Shown piece after piece: positions 48,398 through 58,054 of a DNA stretch of 64,000 nucleotides. A model generated the notes under the pieces. That model had not been told where the DNA came from. It saw nothing but the letters and a program-made list of their open reading frames with translations, and ran no database searches. The stretch's first letter is position 1, and the number at the start of each line of letters is the position of its first letter. The position numbers and the translations under genes are program-made. Origin of the DNA: Sminthopsis crassicaudata (taxonomy: Eukaryota); the NCBI RefSeq assembly GCF_048593235.1, contig NC_133621.1, positions 301,515,146 through 301,579,145 of the forward strand, in the 5' to 3' direction.

Positions 48398-48950
48398 GTA
48401 AGTATCTGTGGCTTAGGATCGGTGCCTGTGAATGTTTCACTTGGAAAAGCGTTGTCATCTCACCTCGTTCATTTGAAAACAGTCATCCCTTTTAGTCCTG
48501 TCTGTCAGTATCATAAATACGTGTTGAGACCAGTGTGTGAGTTGTACACGTCACTTTATCTTGGAAACAAGTGTGGTCTGACCTCTCTCGGAGACTCCAA
48601 CTAGAGAGCAGAAAAGTAATTTCTCTGAGCCATGGACTCAAATAGAAAGGAAAGAGGAGGATGACCTCTAAGGAGGGGCCACTGCTAACATCTTCAGAGG
48701 TTTGATCCAAATCACGACTGAAACTAAAGTTTCCAACAAGATTGAACTCAATTTATTACTCCACGAATTGTATTCAGAATAGAGCGCTGCCGGGTCCAAG
48801 TGAACATCACTATAATGCTTTGAGACCAATGAATATTGTTGAGGGGAACAAAGTCTAAGGCAAAATCTATCATGAACCTTATAGTAATGATTGGGATAAG
48901 TGCTGTACATTTGAAGTGATTCTTCTACTCCCAAAATTCCCATGAGGAGA

Positions 48951-49004
48951 CATACATACATACATACACACACACATACATACATACATACATACATACA
49001 TACA
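48951..49004. repeat. (CATA)n/(CA)n microsatellite
   Basis: Directly visible. Confidence 0.95.
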
Positions 49005-49490
49005 TGGAAGAGAGGACTTGTTTACCTTGCTTTGGGAGATTGGTCCCTGTGGTCTTTTGAAGATGGACCTGACAGGATGAGTGAGTATGAATGTCTATGA
49101 GAAGTTATTTTACAGGCGCAAAGCAACTCTCATCATGTGGGGTCCATTTTCTTATTTATTCATACATTCTTAAATGTTTACGAGCGTTTATTACTTGTCT
49201 CTGTGACAGTCATTCTTAAACATTGACATCATGGGTATTAGTGATGGAATCATAAATACAATCATTATTAGTTGAAATCCTTTTAGCTTACTTTCCACTG
49301 TCATTTATTGGTTTTTTAAATACCGTAGAAGGGATCAATTTACAAATGCTAAACGGAGACAAATTAATTCAGCAGACCGCCTTTGATGGCTATTTATGCT
49401 ATTTATTTTGGCTAGAAGAGTAGATTAAAAAATAGTCATTCCTTTGAAGAGTGTTTTCTTAATGTTGTCCCTTTCTCTGTCTCTCCATAG

Positions 49491-49547
49491 TACAATAAAT
49501 AAGGAACAGTTTTCCAAAAGAAAGAATGACACACTGGATCCTGAACT
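49491..49547 (+). CDS. EP300: EP300 exon 21
   Basis: tag|TACAATAAAT ... GAACT|gtaagt; 57 nt; TINKEQFSKRKNDTLDPEL. Confidence 0.96.
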
Positions 49548-50185
49548 GTAAGTACTGATGGATGTTTTATCATTCTCTTTCCAGAAACCCTTTAATAAAA
49601 TCTCCTTCTCCCACCCCTTCCTTGAATTGTAATTTAACCTGCTACTAAGCTACCTGCTAAGACCACCAGTGAACTGATGAATGATCCAACTGTGTTTTGA
49701 TCCGTGTGCCATTCAGTGACGTGATGTTTTGGTAGCCTTGGAGCATATCTTGGAGCTGTCATCTATCTCTTGGTCGACCACACAGCTCTACAATTAATGC
49801 TTTCACTTGGATCAAGAGCTGAGAAATGATTGTGCTAGAGTGAGGCCTCATGTAATTGGCCTGTTTGTATCATGACTCTGAGAAACGAGGGGTATTGAAA
49901 TATGCAGATATTCTGTGTCACCCCAAGAATTTGAGGAGACAAGAGGTGGTATCTGCTCTTTGGGGGGCCCCAAGGTGGCAGGTGCAGCCCCACTTGTTTG
50001 GTCGTCTCCAACCTTTCCAAATCCTAGCGGCCACAATGCACTGACTTTTGGATGTAGCTAACCAAGGGGCCACTTTCTGTCGTAGTTGGCAGGCCTCCCT
50101 TGACAACGATCACCAGTGGGCCTGGACGTGGCTTTCTTTTCTGGGTGTTTTCTGAGTTGTGACTTTTGGCTATTTTGTTTTCCAG

Positions 50186-50263
50186 ATTTGTTGAATGTAT
50201 AGAATGTGGCCGGAAAATGCACCAGATCTGTGTCCTTCACAACGAAGTCATCTGGCCCTCCGG
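50186..50263 (+). CDS. EP300: EP300 exon 22 (PHD)
   Basis: cag|ATTTGTT ... CTCCGG|gtaagc; 78 nt; FVECIECGRKMHQICVLHNEVIWPSG. Confidence 0.96.
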
Positions 50264-50616
50264 GTAAGCTGCGATGCTGTTAGTTGTCCTTGTACTCATC
50301 CTCTCTTGACCCCCCTGCCACTCGAGGTGCCTGTGGGAGATCAGTGGCCTAGACCTAGTGAGTTGCTGGGGTTACACTGGGAGTTGTGGCAGAGCTGGGA
50401 TCATTCCCAGAATTCCAGAGTTGGAAGTGGGCCACAGGGCTGAACATGGGACCTACCTGAGCTCTTAGCTTGTCTCTTTTTCATGCTTGTCCTGTCTTCT
50501 TGTCAGAAAAACAATTTTTAAAATATCCATTGTAAGAGTTGGTATGTATCCTTGTGAAATTTTGTCTCCTAGACTGGAGTCTTCCTGACTTGTAGAGTAT
50601 ATTTTTATTTATATTT

Positions 50617-50649
<33 letters not shown>

Positions 50650-50651
50650 CA
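50617..50651. repeat. (AC)n microsatellite
   Basis: Directly visible. Confidence 0.95.
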
Positions 50652-50874
50652 TACGCTGCCTTTCTCAGCTTTGTGACATCTGCGTAATTAAATTAATTTA
50701 ATTAAAGGGTGTTTCTAAACCTCCAAATTAAAGCAGAGATTGCTGTGGCTCTCCATTAGAGAAAGGCCACTCTGTAGATCTGGCCTCCTGTTCCAAGTTA
50801 TCAGATGAGGTTCTAGCATCCAGTTCCCCTCTTTGTCCATGAGCATTACAGAATCCTGGTGAACAGCACTACAA

Positions 50875-50905
<31 letters not shown>

Positions 50906-52094
50906 GCAGGTGGTAGGTGAATGGCTTTTAATGTGGTACTGGAAACATTTGGGTATGAGCACCTTTGGTTTCTGGGTCTCTGGTCACAGAAATGCTGAGG
51001 TGGCCGAGTCACACCTGCCCAGAGCAGGCTTAGAACCATGACGGGGGTGTTGTCAGGAAAGGAAGAGAAGCCCGCCATCTCCCAGAGATGTTTCTAGATG
51101 TTGACCATCTTGAGATGAGCCCTTTGCAGTTTTTCTTGGAACTGAAGTCAAACTTTTTGGCATGGAGACAGAGCTGGCACGTTCTATTGGCTTTATAAAG
51201 TCAGAAGGCCCCGGCTGCCCCCTCAGAATGGGTCAGGAGCCGTATCTGTCCATTGCTTTTTACCTTGTTACTATTGGTCTGACCCAAGTGCAAGTAGCGT
51301 TACCCTACCCTCTAGGGCCAGTCATCCACAATCCAAAAGACATTTTCAGACTCAGCCGTTCACTTCCTGATGCGCCTTCCCTGGAGAGCCATGGTCTGAA
51401 ATTGAGAAGCCCGCCTCAGGCCTCTTCTTGGTTCTCCCTGGCAGTTCGTTTGTGCCTGGGGAGGCACCAGACTGGGGCTGTTTCAGCCACAGGCAGCAGC
51501 TCTCTCACACCTCCTCTTCCTCAGATTTTGGCTGGGTGACCTTCCACCTGAAACTACCTGGGTCAGGTTGTCTTCCTCAATTCTGACCCAGACCTTCCCT
51601 GGGACACTTCATTTAGATCATTGTTCTTTATTTCCATATTAGGGCCTTGCTTCCTAGCTGGTTTCTTTTCATGATCTCATTGATTAGATGATTAGTGTCC
51701 TCTTGTAACATCTTGAGTTCTTAATCTTCCTTCTCTGGGCTCCGGGGGTGGGGGGGAGGGTGCTCCCTCCGAAGCCCAAAGTGGTTTTTGGCACTGCCCT
51801 ACAGGGTAGCCCTCTGCCGCTCCCTTGGCGGGCAAGTGGCCTGAAGGAAAGACTATTGCAAGAGTAAAAAACCATGGCCTCTCCAGTTCAGCTGGGACTT
51901 GATGTTCTCTCCCAGCCCAGTAGCCACGAGTGGTGCCTTTGCAGGATCCCATTTTTATACAACTAGAATAGGGAGGTCCCTTTTCTTCTCCACTGTTGGA
52001 AAATATGCCTTCTCTTTTTTGTTTAATTTCCTTTCCGGCTCGTATGAGACTCAGTAACCACATGTGATCTTTTTTGGTTTTGTTCTACCTGCAG

Positions 52095-52162
52095 ATTTGT
52101 CTGTGATGGGTGTCTGAAGAAAACTGGACGAACTCGGAAGGAAAACAAGTTTTCAGCTAAAA
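52095..52162 (+). CDS. EP300: EP300 exon 23 (PHD end)
   Basis: cag|ATTTGTC ... GCTAAAA|gtatgt; 68 nt; FVCDGCLKKTGRTRKENKFSAK. Confidence 0.96.
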
Positions 52163-52722
52163 GTATGTCGCCTCCTTCTCGGTAACTGAACTTCACCTAA
52201 TTAGTCCTGGCAAAGTGTAGGTGAACACTACCACAGGATGCTGTGACAGCTCCTCACTCCTGCTGGACTTGGCCCAGACTTGGGGTTTTATTGGTGGAGA
52301 ATCACCGTCAGTGCCAGTGGGCACCTCGTTTACCTTGTTTATTCCAGAGGCCAGGGCAACCTCAACAAGTCAGCGTCGTCCAAGTTTAGTGAATGGCGTA
52401 TTCCAGAACTGGCACATCGGTTTATTTTGAGTCTCTCTTTTTTCTTTTTCTTCTTTTTTTGCTGATTGTTATTGTTTATATTGGCCCCCTCCCTACAGTA
52501 GGGATAAATTTAGAAGCGAGTATTATGTGCAAGCAAAAGATACCAATAAAAATTTAGTTTTTTAAAATTTTATAGGAATGGGGGGAAGGCAATGTGTTTT
52601 ATCCAGTATGAGATCTTTGGGTGGTCCTAATAATCTCACACGCTGACAATGGTCCTTTTTTCTGGAGAACTGTAAGAGATGTGCTTGTGGATGGTTTTCG
52701 ATGATCACTTTGGTTTCTTTAG

Positions 52723-52873
52723 GGTTACCAACCACCAGGCTTGGTACCTTCCTCGAAAACCGAGTAAATGACTTCCTGAGACGGCAGAATCACCCAGAGT
52801 CAGGAGAGGTCACAGTTCGGGTTGTTCATGCTTCAGATAAAACCGTCGAGGTGAAGCCGGGCATGAAAGCAAG
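52723..52873 (+). CDS. EP300: EP300 exon 24 (HAT)
   Basis: tag|GGTTACCA ... GCAAG|gtaggt; 151 nt; LPTTRLGTFLENRVNDFLRRQNHPESGEV. Confidence 0.97.
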
Positions 52874-52985
52874 GTAGGTCTCGGTTTAAGGCGGGTTTGG
52901 GGGGAGTTCTTGACCATTGCTCTGCCTTATTCTGCACATGTGTGTCCTCCACCTGACCAGCCACGCATTGCTCTGAATCCTGCAG

Positions 52986-53132
52986 GTTTGTCGACAGTGG
53001 TGAAATGGCAGAATCCTTCCCTTACCGAACAAAGGCCCTCTTCGCCTTCGAGGAGATAGATGGTGTTGACTTGTGCTTTTTTGGCATGCATGTTCAGGAG
53101 TATGGATCTGACTGCCCTCCACCCAATCAGAG
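52986..53132 (+). CDS. EP300: EP300 exon 25 (HAT)
   Basis: cag|GTTTGTC ... CAGAG|gtaagg; 147 nt; [28 protein letters not shown]. Confidence 0.97.
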
Positions 53133-53417
53133 GTAAGGGGCGCCTTTGACATGCTGGGATGTACAGAGTGAGCAGGCAGGGCAAGGCTTTCTATGTCTTA
53201 TTCATGCCCTGGGAAAAAGTTGGAGGAATTGGGAAGGCTTATCAGGGCAAATAAGTGGACCTCTTGTCTGTCTTCAAGAACTGTGATCTGTTAGAGATCT
53301 CATCCTGCTTGGCCCCAGGATGGGGCTGGCCTAGGAGCAGAGGTTGCAATGGTACAAATTTAAATTTGGTGTCAAGAACTTTCTTCCACAAAGACTGCCT
53401 TGGAAGTCACCAGGTAG

Positions 53418-53721
53418 AATTGAATGTAAATTGTTAGCACTACTGTCTATCAGGTTGCTTATACCTTCGGAATCCAATACTTAACGTGCAACAAGAAAAT
53501 TGGATTTACACACATTTATTGTATCTAGATTATACTGTAACACATGTAAAATGTATGAGGCTGCCTGACATTTAGGGGGAGGGAGGGGAAAATCTGGAAA
53601 AATGAATACAAGGGATAATGTTATTAAAAAATTACTCATGCATATGTACTGTCAAAAACAAATTTATAATTATAAAATTAATTTTAAAAAAAAGAGAGAT
53701 TTAAAAAAAAAAAAAAAGGAA
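53418..53721 (+). mobile_element. Young 5'-truncated LINE-1 3'UTR with poly(A) tail and perfect 16-bp TSD
   Basis: TSD GGAAGTCACCAGGTAG at 53402-53417 and 53722-53737; A-rich tail 53686-53717. Confidence 0.93.
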
Positions 53722-54186
53722 GGAAGTCACCAGGTAGGGGACTGCCTGGTCTAATCTTGGTGGCCCAGAGGCCCCTTCCTTCTAACTGAGAAATTCTGCC
53801 CTGAAGTAGGTATATTATGATTTAAAATTCAAAATGTCCAATTTTTGGCATCTCCAGTTACCTGAGAAGTTCCATTTATCAAAGAAAGGGCCTGAGTACA
53901 GTCAGAAGAGCACTGAGATTAAAGCTGATTGTTGTCTGGCCAGCGAGGGGGAATGTCATCCAGAGCAGTGTAGAGTATCATGGCAGGTAGCAAAAGTCAT
54001 TCATTAGGAAAAGTTGCTGTGACTTAAAAGATACATTTAGGGATGTAAAACCTACTTTCTATAGGTCTAGGTAGTCTGGAGATAGGAGAATTTCTCTTCT
54101 TCAAATGCCTGCTGGAGTGTCTATACCGATATGAATGACCATTTCAGCAAAATTTGATTTGTTCTTTTTCCTTCCTGTCTTTTTAG

Positions 54187-54300
54187 GAGAGTATATATAT
54201 CTTACCTCGACAGTGTTCATTTTTTCCGTCCCAAATGCTTCAGGACTGCAGTCTATCATGAAATCTTAATTGGCTACTTAGAATATGTTAAGAAATTAGG
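54187..54300 (+). CDS. EP300: EP300 exon 26 (HAT, CoA-binding)
   Basis: tag|GAGAGTA ... TTAGG|gtaagt; 114 nt; [38 protein letters not shown]. Confidence 0.97.
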
Positions 54301-54851
54301 GTAAGTATATCAGTATTCCTATTTTTAATTTTTTTAATATAAATTTATCTTAAGCATTCAAGAAATCAAACAATAGCAGAATCAAATGAACATTGAGGAT
54401 ATTTTTTCAACTGCACTCCTACCTTCAAAGAAAATAATGATCCCATTGATTTAGGTTTTCTTGTCCTATTGAATGTGGGGGGATCCTCATGAGATGATCC
54501 TTTTAAAAAAGTACATTCTGTTGCGCCCAGTAAAAATGGCAGTCACCTCTCTCTCCACTTTTGATTCCTTCATGTTAAACGGCATTTTCAGGAATACCCC
54601 ACACCTTCCTGCTGTACATGAATGATCCTCTGCTACAAGAATTTGTGGTGGTGTGGGCTTCTTTGTGGCAGTGACAGGGTGACCAAAAGGCCTGGCTGCC
54701 CTTTCTTCCTGCTCCGCTGCTACCAGCAACCCCCCGGAGTCATGCTTGGTGTTTGATATCATGGGCACAGTGTCATCCCTGTGGTGGTTCGTTAGGTCAC
54801 TTTGGCTTTTAAGTATCCATTCGTTTCTCACTGAGAACCTTCTTTGGCTAG

Positions 54852-55017
54852 CTACACCACGGGGCACATCTGGGCCTGCCCCCCAAGCGAAGGCGATGAC
54901 TACATCTTTCACTGCCATCCTCCCGATCAGAAGATCCCCAAACCCAAACGACTGCAGGAATGGTACAAAAAGATGCTGGACAAGTCTGTGTCTGAGCGCA
55001 TTGTGCATGATTACAAG
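54852..55017 (+). CDS. EP300: EP300 exon 27 (HAT catalytic W/Y residues)
   Basis: tag|CTACACC ... TACAAG|gtgagt; 166 nt; YTTGHIWACPPSEGDDYIFHCHPPDQKIPKPKRLQEWYKKML. Confidence 0.97.
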
Positions 55018-55401
55018 GTGAGTCCTGTTGTCGATGGTGACTTAGTGCTTGGGTCTCAAACTTGGCTAATAATGGCCCAGACAAAGCATCCCTGCTTGGC
55101 CACATGTTCACTTAAAAAATACACGTTAACAACAGTTCTGTTGTGGTTTGATGTATTATTCTGATCCAGGATGCACTAGTGTTGCATTTGACACCTCCGC
55201 CTCACTGGATGCTAGGTGGAAAAAAACAATAAATTGCCTCCATTTCCTGTTATGTCCCTCCCAGGAAACCATCCCTCATCAGAATTTTGAAAAGGAGGGA
55301 AAACTGCTGGAGCAGAGGTAGCCAACGGAGGCCGGGGCTCCCATCATGCTGGTGGGCCCACTTCCATAGGGGCGGTCATTAACTACATGTGTGTTTTGTA
55401 G

Positions 55402-55566
55402 GACATTTTTAAACAAGCCACAGAAGATCGTTTAACAAGTGCAAAGGAGCTTCCTTACTTTGAAGGGGATTTCTGGCCCAACGTGCTGGAGGAGAGCATC
55501 AAGGAGTTAGAGCAGGAAGAAGAAGAGAGAAAGAGAGAAGAGAACACGAGCAATGAGAGCACAGAT
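55402..55566 (+). CDS. EP300: EP300 exon 28 (HAT)
   Basis: tag|GACATTTTT ... ACAGAT|gtaagt; 165 nt; DIFKQATEDRLTSAKELPYFEGDFWPNVLEE. Confidence 0.97.
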
Positions 55567-56043
55567 GTAAGTCTTCCCCAGAGACGGGGCAGCAGTGGAG
55601 CCCATGGGACTGTCCTCCTTGGAGGGTGGCCTTCACTCCTATGGGGCTTGGTGGTTCTCTCCTTGTTGCGCTGTTATAGACTGTTAGAGCAGGGCAAACG
55701 TCAGATCCTGTCATTGTCGGGGACTTGGTGCTGGCTCCCTTGGTCCTGAGGAGTTTGCAGCTATATGGAGTGCCAGTTTGGGGGAGCCATCCTGAGTTAC
55801 TTTGGCGGCTGAGAAAGCTCAGACCCCCTCCATGCTGTCAATCTCCTGAATGTGAGCCTTTTCTAAGTGCTGTGGGGCTCTGCAGCTTTCCAGGAGGGGT
55901 CAGTCTGGACCCCGGGCCTGGGCTACAGGACTACAAAGGTTCACTGTCCTTCAGCACACCTCTCCATTGGACAGCAGGAGGGGCTTGTTTCCAACTTTTT
56001 CTCTGGCCATAAGTCCTTGACCTTTGTCTCACGTTTCCTTCAG

Positions 56044-56205
56044 GTGACAAAGGGAGACAGCAAGAACGCCAAAAAGAAGAATAATAAGAAAACCAGCAAA
56101 AACAAAAGCAGCTTGAGCCGGGGAAACAAGAAGAAGCCAGGCATGCCCAATGTATCGAATGACCTCTCCCAAAAGTTGTACGCCACCATGGAGAAGCACA
56201 AAGAG
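56044..56205 (+). CDS. EP300: EP300 exon 29 (Lys-rich autoinhibitory loop)
   Basis: cag|GTGACAAAG ... AAAGAG|gtgaga; 162 nt; VTKGDSKNAKKKNNKKTSKNKSSLSRGNKKKPG. Confidence 0.97.
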
Positions 56206-56574
56206 GTGAGACGAGTGGGCTCCTCCTGCAGGAGACCCCTCTCTGCCTGGCTGCCTCTGTCCCCCTGCTCTCTCAGCACAACAGAGAAGTAACAGGCTTC
56301 ATTTTAAAAGCTTCTTTCCAGTTTGAGGGCCTTGGTCTTTGGCCATTAAATGCTGAGTGGGTGTTGTGGCTGTGGGGCAAGCTTGAATTTTGCCTGTTTG
56401 AACGCGGACAAGTATCAAAGAAAATGCCTGTTTTTCAGAATCGTCCATTCCAACAACATTAGGTTCTGTGTGATCTTCAGGGTCCATTTTCTGACTTCGA
56501 GGAAATAGCTTTGTTGTTGTTAGGGAATTTTACTTGTGACTTTCTAGAGCAGCATTTCAGCAGGGAGGGAGGGG

Positions 56575-56587
56575 GTGTGTGTGTGTG

Positions 56588-56622
<35 letters not shown>
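56575..56622. repeat. (GT)n-(AT)n compound microsatellite
   Basis: Directly visible. Confidence 0.95.
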
Positions 56623-56624
<2 letters not shown>

Positions 56625-56814
56625 TGGGGGAGTGGGTGCGTGTGTATCTGTGTGGGTGTTGGTTGGAGAGACAGAGAATGAGAGTGTTCCCCATGCTTCT
56701 AGTGACAAGATATCTTTGAATGATACTAAATTCCAACATACCATGCTGCCATTTGATTCTTTTTTTCCCAAGCTGGAAGATGATGTGAGTAATGTCCTTT
56801 TTTAATCTGATTTT

Positions 56815-56992
56815 TCTTGAACGCATGATGAATGGAAATATGTTTAGAAGAATTGCACACCTTTAACCTGACAAGAGAAAAGAAAAGGGAGGGAGGGAGA
56901 AAAACTTGGAACGTGAAAGTTTTGCAAAAGTGAATGTTGAACTATCTTCACATATATTTTGAAATTAACAAGCTTTTTTTAAAAAAAATCAC
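56815..56992 (+). mobile_element. Older LINE-1 3'UTR fragment
   Basis: gaaatatgtttagaagaattgcaca..ggagggagggagaaaaacttggaa..ttttgcaaaagtgaatgttgaactatc. Confidence 0.7.
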
Positions 56993-57284
56993 TGATAAAG
57001 AGAAATATTGATCTCACAGTAAACATAGACTACCAAAACCATGATGATAAAAAAGTTCTGGTTTAGAATTTTTTTTTTAAGAGCGCTGCTCACTTTGCCA
57101 AAATTCTGTTACAATTCAGGCAGATCTTTGGAAGTTTGTCCCCTTAAACAAGTTGTAAGATTTGAGAGTGTTGTTCCATGTCCTTCTACTCTTTTGGAAA
57201 GAGTATCCTCCTGTCTTTTTGGAAAAGGATCCTCCTGTCTCAGCCTGTTAGTTATACACCTTTGTTTTCTGTTTTTTTTATACA

Positions 57285-57327
<43 letters not shown>

Positions 57328-57583
57328 CACCTTTGTTTTCTGATTGCAATGGAACAGAGAGGGAGCGCGTGCTCGGGCAGGGGGGAACAGGAGAGCCTTT
57401 CTTTCCATGTTGGCGTTCAGAGCAGTGAGCAGCTGTGCTTTGCTGTCCTGAGCTCACTGATGGAGGCAGTCCCCAGAGAATTGTTAGCAGTGGGTTAAGT
57501 CGCAGGAGGCGGCACCAGGGATGCCCACTTGGCATGTGGGAGTGTCCGTTCAATGTGTCACCGGCAGCTGTCCTCTTTTGCAG

Positions 57584-57866
57584 GTCTTCTTTGTGATTCG
57601 CCTCATTGCCGGCCCCGGCCGCCAACTCTCTGCCCCCCATCGCTGAGCCCGACCCGCTCATCCCATGTGACCTGATGGACGGCCGTGACGCCTTCCTCAC
57701 CCTGGCCAGAGACAAACACCTGGAGTTCTCCTCCCTGCGCAGGGCCCAGTGGTCGACCATGTGCATGCTGGTAGAGCTGCACACCCAGAGCCAAGATCGC
57801 TTTGTCTACACCTGCAATGAGTGCAAGCACCACGTGGAGACGAGATGGCACTGCACGGTCTGCGAG
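57584..57866 (+). CDS. EP300: EP300 exon 30 (HAT end, ZZ start); contains an apparent +1 insertion near 57613-57618
   Basis: cag|GTCTTCTTT ... TGCGAG|gtaagc; 283 nt (282 needed). VFFVIRLIAGP, then AANSLPPIAEPDPLIPCDLMDGRDAFL..WHCTVCE in a shifted frame. Confidence 0.93.
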
Positions 57867-58054
57867 GTAAGCTTGTGGTGCCAGGAGCCTCTGGGAAGCC
57901 CCCAGACCTGATGTGGGTTGGGGTGGAGAGGGGCAGGGCTCCCGGGACCGCCCGTATTTCTATACACCTTGGTGCCCCATGAGGGCGAGGCTTTGGGGGG
58001 GAGGATGCTGGGAGTCAGACTTCCCCAGTGACCGGGCCTCTCTCCCTTCTCCAG

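Noticed and set aside
54487-55008. 173-aa minus-strand ORF over exon 27
   Set aside because: Antisense shadow of a conserved exon plus intron, with no recognisable domain.
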